DNA of 64,000 nt from an uncultured Acidobacteriaceae bacterium. GTDB lineage: Bacteria; Acidobacteriota; Terriglobia; Terriglobales; Acidobacteriaceae. The translations under genes and the position numbers were made by a program. The notes beneath the pieces are model-generated. The model saw nothing but the letters and a program-made list of their open reading frames with translations. It had not been told where the DNA came from and made no database searches. This document shows positions 32,115 through 39,735 of the stretch, piece after piece. The stretch's first letter is position 1, and every line of letters starts with the position of its first letter. The stretch lies in contig CAWKNF010000027.1 in the NCBI GenBank assembly GCA_963850805.1, positions 43,201 to 107,200 on the forward strand, in the 5' to 3' direction.

Positions 32115-32630
32115 TCAGCCGCGATAAGAGCCGACATGGTCTGCCAGGTGCTTATCTTTAGCAAGCAGCAGGATTGCCACGACCAGGGCCGGCATCCCGC
32201 AGAAGACCAGGAAAGCTACCTGCCATACCGAAGCAGGCAAGTGCGCCCACGAGCCCAGCCATTCAAAACCGCGCCACAAAACGATTGCGCTGAGCAGCGC
32301 GCCCAGGGTCACGGCGGTACAACTCACCGAAACCAGCCACACGCGCTCGCGATGGCGCTGCAATTCGAGGGCGCGGCGGCGCACTCTCATCTGCGTGGTC
32401 GAGACCAGACTGCGGTCGGCGGCGATGGGGATCGAGCGCAATCCGCGAATCGTTTCGGCGGCATTCTCGGCGAAGGCGCGGCATGAGGCACAGGTTTCCA
32501 GGTGGGCGGCCAACCATGCATCCGACGACGGTTGGCTGGAAGCCCGACCGGCCACGGAAGTCGCTTCGGTACCGGATAGTGCAATCAATTCCCTCGCCCG
32601 CTCATGTGCGTCGTTGTTGCTAGCGTTCAC
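32115..32630 (-). CDS. anti-sigma factor (zf-HC2-like) membrane protein
   Basis: AHLETCASCRAF zinc-finger-like motif plus a C-terminal TM region. A GTG at 32628-32630 gives a GTGA overlap with the sigma-factor stop. A longer start at 32651 is possible. Confidence 0.7.
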   Translation of the reverse strand: MNASNNDAHERARELIALSGTEATSVAGRASSQPSSDAWLAAHLETCASCRAFAENAAETIRGLRSIPIAADRSLVSTTQMRVRRRALELQRHRERVWLVSVSCTAVTLGALLSAIVLWRGFEWLGSWAHLPASVWQVAFLVFCGMPALVVAILLLAKDKHLADHVGSYRG

Positions 32631-33226
32631 AGCTGGGCTCCTTTTAGCCACGGTTCGAGCGCGCTCAGACCGCGGTAGATTCTGGATTTCACGGTTCCCA
32701 AGGGCACGCGTGCCAGGCTCGCGATCTCCTCGAGAGACATGCCTTCCTGAAATCGAAGCACGAGCGCTTCACGGTATTCCGCTGGGAGATGTTCCATGCC
32801 GGCCGCAATGTGCTCGTTCTGCTCGCGCTGCAGAGTCAGATCGAAAGCCGAGGCGCTGCCGGTCGCCGGCACGTCGAACGGTGCGGCGTCATCGTTATTA
32901 TTCATCAAACCGTCGAGGCTCGTGGGTTGCTTGCGCCGCATGTGATCGATGGCGAGGTTGCGTGCAACCGAGAACAGCCAGGTGCTGAATGCGTATTTGT
33001 CGTTGAACTGGTGGCCGCGTTCGAGCACGCGGATCCAGGTTTCCTGGAAGAGGTCTTCCGCTAATTCGCGGCGCCCGGTCAGGTGCACAAGATAGCGGAG
33101 AAGGCGATGCTGGTATTGCTCGATCAGGCGGTCGAGCAAGTCGGGATCTCGGCGTCGAAGTCCACGAGCGATCTCGGTGCTCTCTTGCGCCATCGAGCTC
33201 TCGAAATAGAAGGCAGCCGCGTTCAT
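32627..33226 (-). CDS. ECF (sigma-70 family) RNA polymerase sigma factor
   Basis: Region 2 (DLFQETWIRVLERGHQF, FSTWLFSVARNLAIDHMRR) and region 4 (EEIASLARVPLGTVKSRIYRG). Start at ATG 33224-33226; 33193 is the alternative. Confidence 0.85.
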   Translation of the reverse strand: MNAAAFYFESSMAQESTEIARGLRRRDPDLLDRLIEQYQHRLLRYLVHLTGRRELAEDLFQETWIRVLERGHQFNDKYAFSTWLFSVARNLAIDHMRRKQPTSLDGLMNNNDDAAPFDVPATGSASAFDLTLQREQNEHIAAGMEHLPAEYREALVLRFQEGMSLEEIASLARVPLGTVKSRIYRGLSALEPWLKGAQL

Positions 33227-33339
33227 ACTACTGTGATTACGGGGGTGGGGGGAGAAAAGACGCAGGCGATTGGGGTGAGAGGTGCAACCGCTGTAAGGCA
33301 TTGAAACGAAATGAGTCTTGGACTGGTATCATCCCCAAG

Positions 33340-34041
33340 ATGCCGCGGCGCGGGAAATTTATCACCTTTGAAGGGCTGGATGGGACCGGCAAGAGCACGC
33401 AGATGCATAAGCTGGCGACGGTGCTGCGCGCGGCGGGAAACAAGGTCGTAGAAACGCGGGAGCCTGGGGGAACGGCTACGGGGGAGAAGATTCGGCGGGT
33501 CTTGCTGGACTCGTCGACCGAGGGTCTGGCGCCGTTGGCGGAGATGGCTTTGATGTTCGCTTCGCGGGCGCAGCACATTGCGGAGGTGATTGAGCCGGCG
33601 CTGGAGCATGGGCAGATTGTGCTGTGCGACCGCTTCACTGATTCCACGGAAGCTTACCAGGGCAACGGCCGGAAGCTGGGTAGCGAGGTGGTGATGGAGC
33701 TTCATCGTCTGCTGTGCGGAGGGTTGCAGCCTGACTTGACGATCCTGCTCGACTCGGATCCGGCGATGAGTGTGGGACGGGCGCGGCGGAGAAACCGGCG
33801 GGCGGCGCACGGGGCGAATGCTATTTCACACAAGAACGCGGGGAGACATCCTGACGAGAACCGGTTTGAGCAGCAGAACCGCGGCTTTTTTACTCGCGTG
33901 CGGGAAGGCTACATGGCGCTTGCCGCGAGAGAAACGCAGCGCGTTGTGGTGGTGGATGCGAGTGGGACGCCGGGGCAGACGCATGGGCGGATTATGGAGA
34001 TCTTGGGGCGGAAGCTGAGATTGGCGTCGAAAAACGCATAA
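33340..34041 (+). CDS. tmk: dTMP (thymidylate) kinase
   Basis: P-loop FITFEGLDGTGKSTQ, plus DRFTDST and the LID region. Start at ATG 33340. Confidence 0.9.
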   Translation: MPRRGKFITFEGLDGTGKSTQMHKLATVLRAAGNKVVETREPGGTATGEKIRRVLLDSSTEGLAPLAEMALMFASRAQHIAEVIEPALEHGQIVLCDRFTDSTEAYQGNGRKLGSEVVMELHRLLCGGLQPDLTILLDSDPAMSVGRARRRNRRAAHGANAISHKNAGRHPDENRFEQQNRGFFTRVREGYMALAARETQRVVVVDASGTPGQTHGRIMEILGRKLRLASKNA

Positions 34042-34134
34042 CTTCAACCGAACATAGATTCCAAGGATCTGCGGCGCGCTGAGTTCGTGTCATTGCTATG
34101 CCATTTGACATTATTACAAGTATGACATATTATA

Positions 34135-34398
34135 TTGAATGTCATGAAGGTGAACGAAAGCCATACTCGCATTAACGAGAACGGACGAGTTGTGATCCCC
34201 GCTCCGTTTCGACGAGCTCTTGGTATCCAGTCGGGCGACACCATTGTTCTGCGCATCGAAAACGACGAACTGCGAATCACTACTTTGCGGCAGCGTCTAG
34301 CCAGAGCGCAGCAACTGGTACGCGCACACGTGGCCCCGAAGACGTCTCTGGTGGACGAGTTGATTGCCGAGCGCCGCGAGGCCGCGAAACGTGAATAG
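34135..34398 (+). CDS. vapB: AbrB/SpoVT-type antitoxin (VapB-like)
   Basis: INENGRVVIPAPFRRALGIQSGDTIVLRIEND swapped-hairpin motif. It overlaps the downstream PIN gene. Confidence 0.8.
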   Translation: MNVMKVNESHTRINENGRVVIPAPFRRALGIQSGDTIVLRIENDELRITTLRQRLARAQQLVRAHVAPKTSLVDELIAERREAAKRE

Positions 34399-34783
34399 AA
34401 TCGTACTGGATTCTTCTGCACTTCTCGCGATTCTCCATCAAGAGCCGGGCGCGGAAGTATTCACCAAGCAATTTGATTTGCTGGAGAACGCCACGATGAG
34501 CACCGTGAATGTGGCTGAGGCATACGGCAAGCTGGTGGGGCGAGGAATCGGTCCCGAAGATGCATGGGAGGCTGTGCTTGCTCCTGTCCCCGAGATTTTG
34601 GACTTCGACAAAGAACAGGCAAGGATTGCAGGCTGGCTGCAGCCGCAAACTCGTTTGCTGGGGCTATCGTTGGGAGACCGCGCGTGCCTGGCTCTCGGGA
34701 TCGCTCTCAACGCGCCCGTCTACACAGCAGATCGGGCATGGAAGAACTTGAAGATTAAGGTTGCGATCCACGTCATCCGATAA
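34391..34783 (+). CDS. vapC: PIN-domain toxin (VapC-like)
   Basis: IVLDSSALLAIL (first acidic residue) and later acidic residues. GTG 34391 overlaps the vapB stop (34396-34398) by 8 nt. Confidence 0.8.
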   Translation: MNRIVLDSSALLAILHQEPGAEVFTKQFDLLENATMSTVNVAEAYGKLVGRGIGPEDAWEAVLAPVPEILDFDKEQARIAGWLQPQTRLLGLSLGDRACLALGIALNAPVYTADRAWKNLKIKVAIHVIR

Positions 34784-34824
34784 CGCCGGTAGAGTGGGTT
34801 CGCGTCCGCTAGATGTTGTAAACC

Positions 34825-35922
34825 ATGAGCTTCTCTGATTTTCACGGTAATGCCGATACGGTTCATCGCCTGCGCGATATGCTGGCGCGGAAGCGGTTTC
34901 CGCATGCGGTGATTCTTTCGGGGGCGCGCGGGGCGGGGAAGTACACGCTGGCTCTCATGCTGGCGCAGGCTTTGAATTGTCTGGCTCCAACTGAGACCGA
35001 CGGGCTACCTGATTTCTGCGGGCAATGCTCGAACTGCCGGCGCATCGCCCAGGCTGCCGATCTCGATGCCCGCTTTGCCGAAGCGGTGGAGACGCGCGAA
35101 GGCTTGCGCGATGCCGACAAGAAGGATACACGGCTGTTTGTGCAGACTCATCCGGATGTGCTGGTGATTCCTCCAGATCCTCCGCAGATGATGATCAAGG
35201 TGGATCAGGTTCGGCGGGTGATTGAGACCATCTATTACCGACCTGCGGAGGCGCGGGAGCGGGTTTATATTTTCACCGACTCGGCCTTCATGAAGGAAGC
35301 GGCGAATTCTCTGCTTAAAGTTCTGGAGGAGCCTCCGGAGTTCGCTACGATTTTCTTGCTCTCGGAGAATCCGGGCGAACTGCTGCCTACTATCCGATCG
35401 CGAGCGGCGGTCTTCGCGCTCGGGGCGATGCCGGCGGAGGAAGCGGAGCGCTACCTGGCGAAGTACCGTCCGGAATGGAAACCACCGCAGCAAGCTTTGG
35501 TCGCAAGACTGAGCGAAGGCGCTCTGGGCCGGGCTCGTGGCTTCAATGTGGAGTCCTATGTCGCCGCGCGCGCGGACGCGATCGCCATTCTTAACTCGGC
35601 TTTGCTGGGAGGCGAGCACACGCAGCTCTTCAAGATCACAGAAACCTATCGCGCTGGAGCCGAGGGGCGGGAGAAGACCGACCAGCTTCTCCGCACACTT
35701 TATTCGCTGCTGCGCGACCTGATGTTTCTGGGGTCGGGAGCGGCCGAGATGGTTCAGAACACCGACATTCAGAGCCAGCTTGTGAAGATGGCTGAGGCTG
35801 CTGATTTTGAATGGATCGCCGCCGCTTCGGAGCGTTTGGCTGAGGTGGAACGGGGGATGCGGCGGAATCTGCTGCGGTCGTTGTCGCTGGATGGGTTGAG
35901 TTTGGCGCTGGAGAAGGCGTGA
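34825..35922 (+). CDS. holB: DNA polymerase III subunit delta prime
   Basis: AVILSGARGAGKYTLALMLAQALNC, plus a zinc-module-like CGQCSNCRR and SLLKVLEEPP. Confidence 0.9.
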   Translation: MSFSDFHGNADTVHRLRDMLARKRFPHAVILSGARGAGKYTLALMLAQALNCLAPTETDGLPDFCGQCSNCRRIAQAADLDARFAEAVETREGLRDADKKDTRLFVQTHPDVLVIPPDPPQMMIKVDQVRRVIETIYYRPAEARERVYIFTDSAFMKEAANSLLKVLEEPPEFATIFLLSENPGELLPTIRSRAAVFALGAMPAEEAERYLAKYRPEWKPPQQALVARLSEGALGRARGFNVESYVAARADAIAILNSALLGGEHTQLFKITETYRAGAEGREKTDQLLRTLYSLLRDLMFLGSGAAEMVQNTDIQSQLVKMAEAADFEWIAAASERLAEVERGMRRNLLRSLSLDGLSLALEKA

Positions 35923-35962
35923 GGGTGATGCTTCTGCCCTCAGACTCGATTACGTAGACCAC

Positions 35963-36340
35963 TCATCGCAACACATTTTCTGCCGCGATGGAGTGGCATT
36001 TCGGGAGCTGCAAGTAGCCGAGCGAACCGGCGTAGCAGAGACCCGCGATGATGGCTAAGGATAGGACAAAACCCAGCAGTAATCTCGAAGGCGCCAGTCC
36101 GGACTCTCCGAGAGCCAGGTAGGCATCCCCGGCCGGCACGAGGGTTGAACTGGTTGCGGCCGGCTTCAGCCAAGAGCGCACAATCGCAAGGCTCGTGTCG
36201 CTGAAGATCAGGGGCCATTCACCCGGCTCGGCTGCTTCGGCCAACTCCAGCATCTCGGGCGCAAAACGTTGTCTGAATGCGTAGGGGTAGAGCTGGAGCA
36301 AAAGACGGTAGGTGCACAGCAAGCAGCGCCGCATGCTCAT
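35963..36340 (-). CDS. small membrane protein with permease-prefix-like N-terminus, co-transcribed with PadR
   Basis: LLQLYPYAFRQRFAPEMLEL resembles the N-terminal prefix of PadR-associated membrane proteins. One TM segment (LLLGFVLSLAIIAGLCYA). The start overlaps the padR stop by 4 nt. Confidence 0.55.
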   Translation of the reverse strand: MSMRRCLLCTYRLLLQLYPYAFRQRFAPEMLELAEAAEPGEWPLIFSDTSLAIVRSWLKPAATSSTLVPAGDAYLALGESGLAPSRLLLGFVLSLAIIAGLCYAGSLGYLQLPKCHSIAAENVLR

Positions 36341-36684
36341 GCGCCCAACTTTCCTAATCGCGTCCGTGCGACATCAACCACTTGCCGCAGGCGCCGGACT
36401 TCGAACCGCAGCGCCTGCTCGCCGCTGGGGGTCAGGCAATATTCCCGCCGGGTATCGCCATTTTTGAGTTTCCGCTCCGTCTCACCGACGAGACCGCTGG
36501 CCAGCAAGCGATCCAAATTGGCGTAGAGCGTGCCAGGTCCCAACTTGTAGTTTCCCCCGGACTGCCGTTTGACCGACTGCATGATCCCGTATCCGTGCAG
36601 ATTAGACTCGGCGAGAGCTAGAAGGATATGCAAGGCGGCGGACGATAATGGCCGGTCATTGACTAGTCGATCCTTGACTTCCAT
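36337..36684 (-). CDS. PadR-family transcriptional regulator
   Basis: LHILLALAESNLHGYGIMQSVKRQSGGNYKLGPGTLYANLDRLLASGLV. Start at ATG 36682-36684. Confidence 0.9.
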   Translation of the reverse strand: MEVKDRLVNDRPLSSAALHILLALAESNLHGYGIMQSVKRQSGGNYKLGPGTLYANLDRLLASGLVGETERKLKNGDTRREYCLTPSGEQALRFEVRRLRQVVDVARTRLGKLGA

Positions 36685-36694
36685 ATCGTATTTT

Positions 36695-36717
36695 GATATA
36701 TCACATTGTGATATATA
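36695..36717. promoter_or_regulatory. palindromic operator candidate GATATATCACA-T-TGTGATATATA
   Basis: 10/11 inverted repeat read directly. It sits 11 nt upstream of the padR start, in the 70-nt divergent spacer to gene 36755(+). Confidence 0.6.
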
Positions 36718-36754
36718 TGGCAAGTCTGTGATTCCACCGAAGGGCCACAAGATT

Positions 36755-37372
36755 ATGCAATTATCCTGGCATATTCGCACGTATTTTTTATTCTGCGCTC
36801 TGGTTTTCACAGCGTGCCCGTCATTGCCGGCAGCGCAGGCGAAAACAGCAGCGCCGAAACCGGCCCCGCAAACAGTCGCCATGGAGCGGGATGGGAAACA
36901 CGATTTTGATTTTGAGTTGGGGAACTGGAAGATTCACCTAAAACGCCGCCTGCACCCTTTGACCGGCTCCAATACATGGGTCGAATTTGATGGCACCTCT
37001 GTTACTCGAAAAGTTTGGGAGGGCCGCTCTCAACTTGAGGAATTCGAGACAGGTGGCGCGGGCGGGCACATCGAAGGTCTTACATTGCGTCTCTACAATC
37101 CGCAAACCCACCAATGGAGCCTCTACTGGGCTAACCAAAAGGATGGCACCATCGTGGCACCCCAGGTCGGCCAGTTCAAGGAGGGGCGCGGCGAGTTCTA
37201 CGGTCAGGACACGGTTGACGGCAAATTGATCTACATCCGATTTATCTGGTCAAACACCGATTCTGACGTGCCCCATTTTGAACAGTCATTCTCGAATGAT
37301 GGAGGCAAGACCTGGGAAGTGAACTGGATCACGGACCAGACACGAGTCAGCGAACGGAGAAACTCACCATGA
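36755..37372 (+). CDS. hypothetical secreted protein
   Basis: Signal peptide MQLSWHIRTYFLFCALVFTACPSLPAAQA starts at ATG 36755. Divergent from padR. The upstream part of the tracked ORF overlaps padR. Confidence 0.6.
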   Translation: MQLSWHIRTYFLFCALVFTACPSLPAAQAKTAAPKPAPQTVAMERDGKHDFDFELGNWKIHLKRRLHPLTGSNTWVEFDGTSVTRKVWEGRSQLEEFETGGAGGHIEGLTLRLYNPQTHQWSLYWANQKDGTIVAPQVGQFKEGRGEFYGQDTVDGKLIYIRFIWSNTDSDVPHFEQSFSNDGGKTWEVNWITDQTRVSERRNSP

Positions 37373-38469
37373 GGCAGTCATCGCGTTCGCTAATTGCGGT
37401 TGCTTTGTTTGCCGTCGTCATAGCCAGTCTCTACGGCCAGGGCCAGTCGCAGAGTCAAACGCCGCGCCCGGCGCGTTCCCGAGTTGAGGAGACGCTGGAC
37501 ATGTGGAACGCGATCGGGAACAAACTTGTCGCTATGGCCGAGGATTTTCCAGAAGAAAAGTACGATTACAAACTGCAGAAAGACCAGCGCACCTTTGCGC
37601 AAAATCTTCTCCATGAGGCCGCACTCGATTTCGTTTTGATACGCAGGGTTTCCGGATCAAACATCGGGCCCGATTTCGGTGAAGGCGACAATCCGTCGCG
37701 CGACGTTTTCAAGACGAAGGCCGACGTGGTGAAGTTCGTGCGGGAGGCCGTGACGGACGGGGCACAAGTGATTCAACAGCAGGGCGACGCGGGGCTGGAC
37801 AATACATCGAAATTTCTTGGGAACCGGCTGGCCCATAACTCCTACATCTGGATGTTCGCTATCGAGCACAGTGCAGAGCACTACGGCCAGCTTGTTGTCT
37901 ACTACCGTGCGAACAACCTGGTGCCTCCGGATTCGCGGCGGAACCAGGCGCAGCAATCGCAACAGGCACAACAGCCGCCAACCTTAGCTTCAACCCTGGA
38001 CCACGAGATCAGTGGCATCGAAACGTTAATTGTGGAAGCTGCCGAAGCAATGCCGGAAGACAAATTCAAATTCACACCTGAGGGCCTGAATATTCCCGGC
38101 GCTGACTACAAGGGCGTGCGCACCTTTGCCCAGCAGGTCAGGCATGTCGCCGCTTCCAACTATGCAATCTGGTCACCGCTCACCGGCGATAAGTTCCCCG
38201 ATAGCTTCATGGGGGGCAACGGTCCTGAGAACGTGAAGACCAAGGCCGATATCATACAGTTCCTGAAGGATTCTTTTGCCCTGGGTCACAAGGCCGCGGC
38301 CACGTTGACAACCGAGAACATGTTGCAACCGGTGGGGAACAGCAAATCGCTGCGCCTTCCCCGGGCAACATTCGCCGTAGCCCACGCTTTTGATCATTAC
38401 GGACAAATGGTCGAGTATCTACGCATGAACGGCATCGTGCCACCGGCCAGCCGTGCAAAGTCAGACTGA
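37369..38469 (+). CDS. tandem DinB-domain protein (secreted)
   Basis: Two DinB-like halves, each ending in a His motif (HSAEHYGQLVVYYRAN; HAFDHYGQMVEYLRMN). Signal-like N-terminus. 4-nt overlap with the upstream gene. Confidence 0.7.
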   Translation: MRQSSRSLIAVALFAVVIASLYGQGQSQSQTPRPARSRVEETLDMWNAIGNKLVAMAEDFPEEKYDYKLQKDQRTFAQNLLHEAALDFVLIRRVSGSNIGPDFGEGDNPSRDVFKTKADVVKFVREAVTDGAQVIQQQGDAGLDNTSKFLGNRLAHNSYIWMFAIEHSAEHYGQLVVYYRANNLVPPDSRRNQAQQSQQAQQPPTLASTLDHEISGIETLIVEAAEAMPEDKFKFTPEGLNIPGADYKGVRTFAQQVRHVAASNYAIWSPLTGDKFPDSFMGGNGPENVKTKADIIQFLKDSFALGHKAAATLTTENMLQPVGNSKSLRLPRATFAVAHAFDHYGQMVEYLRMNGIVPPASRAKSD

Positions 38470-38588
38470 ACGGCAGAAGCACCATAATTGACAGCTAGCG
38501 CTTGTGTTGTGGATTGTTGCTATATTAACTATTTTGTTTTCATTGAGTTACATAGATTACTCTGGTGGTTCTAGGCCCTTCAGATAGG

Positions 38589-38617
38589 TTGCCGCTGCCA
38601 TCTCCAGCGCCTATAAT
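38589..38617 (+). promoter_or_regulatory. sigma-70-like promoter candidate (TTGCCG-17 nt-TATAAT)
   Basis: Read directly, about 100 nt upstream of the lytic transglycosylase start at 38721. Confidence 0.4.
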
Positions 38618-38720
38618 TGTCTTACTCTGGATTAGGAATTCTCCGTCAGGTTCCGGGTAGCGACATGCGAGGGTGAAGTCTGTCTTTAAGGTCTTTGCCC
38701 ATTGAGGTTAAAGCCCGGTA

Positions 38721-39602
38721 ATGCGAAAGCGCCTGCAAATCGCCCTGATGGCCTGCAGCTTAGCCGCGACCTCGCTTTCTCTCACCCAACTCCGTGCCGC
38801 CGATGATGGCGACGGATCCTCTGACAAGATCGTTGCTACGAAGATCGTTGCTACGAAGATCACGGCTACCGACGAGCATGGTCGCAAGGTCTACGTGAAT
38901 GATTCCGTGGCGGCGGCTCCGTCGCACCGTGCGCAAGAGCCTGACGCACCCCGGCGCACGCTGAGATATTGGAGTTCTAAAGAAAATCGGTGGAAGCCGG
39001 TGCCTGCGCCGAATGCGGCGGTTATGCGAGCCGCTAAGTCGGCGGCCGCCGAGGTTGACGAGTACCTGGGGCATGAGTCCAGCCAATCGGCAAGCGTCAA
39101 GATTGTTGCCGCAAACTTCCGCGGACCGCTGGCTACGTCTGCCGATATTGATAGCGCGATCGAGCAAGCCGCGGCGCGGCATAACGTGGACCCCAACCTG
39201 GTGCGCGCGGTGGTGAAAGTAGAATCGAACTTCAACCCCAACGCGGTGTCGCGAAAGGGCGCGATGGGGCTGATGCAATTGATGCCCTCGACGGCACGGC
39301 AGTTGAAGGTGAAGAATCCGTTTGATCCGGAACAGAATGTGGACGCCGGGGTGCGGCAGTTGAAGCAGCTTCTGGAAAGTTATGGCGGCGATGTGAAGCT
39401 GACCCTGGCCGCTTATAACGCGGGTGCGGGAGCGGTGGCGCGCAGTTCCGGCGTGCCGCACTATGCCGAAACCCAAAACTACGTCCGGCGTATCACCAAT
39501 CTGTATTACGGCGGGTCCGTTTTTGAGTCGGGCGCTTCGCATGATCCGGTTACGGTTCAACGGGATGCGCGGGGCGTACTCTACATCAGCAACACCGATT
39601 AG
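38721..39602 (+). CDS. lytic transglycosylase (SLT domain)
   Basis: VESNFNPNAVSRKGAMGLMQLMPSTA and AYNAG motifs. Signal peptide. Confidence 0.88.
   Translation: MRKRLQIALMACSLAATSLSLTQLRAADDGDGSSDKIVATKIVATKITATDEHGRKVYVNDSVAAAPSHRAQEPDAPRRTLRYWSSKENRWKPVPAPNAAVMRAAKSAAAEVDEYLGHESSQSASVKIVAANFRGPLATSADIDSAIEQAAARHNVDPNLVRAVVKVESNFNPNAVSRKGAMGLMQLMPSTARQLKVKNPFDPEQNVDAGVRQLKQLLESYGGDVKLTLAAYNAGAGAVARSSGVPHYAETQNYVRRITNLYYGGSVFESGASHDPVTVQRDARGVLYISNTD
38826..38870 (+). repeat. 15-nt in-frame tandem repeat x3 (KIVAT KIVAT KITAT)
   Basis: aagatcgttgctacg aagatcgttgctacg aagatcacggctacc, read directly. Confidence 0.85.
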
Positions 39603-39735
39603 GTTTCACAGCGCCGGTTTTCCTTTAATCTCTTTACAGGTTCGATCTTTACCAGGTTCGTTCTGGGCTGTATCTGGCACCCAGGCACTTGTTCAACCAA
39701 CTGGTTCAAACGAGCAGGAACGAAGGCACGGGCTG

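Noticed and set aside
39424-39735. Upstream extension of the amidase ORF overlapping the lytic transglycosylase gene
   Set aside because: It lies in a different frame of the SLT coding region. The signal-like sequence and plausible GTG/TTG starts lie at about 39736.
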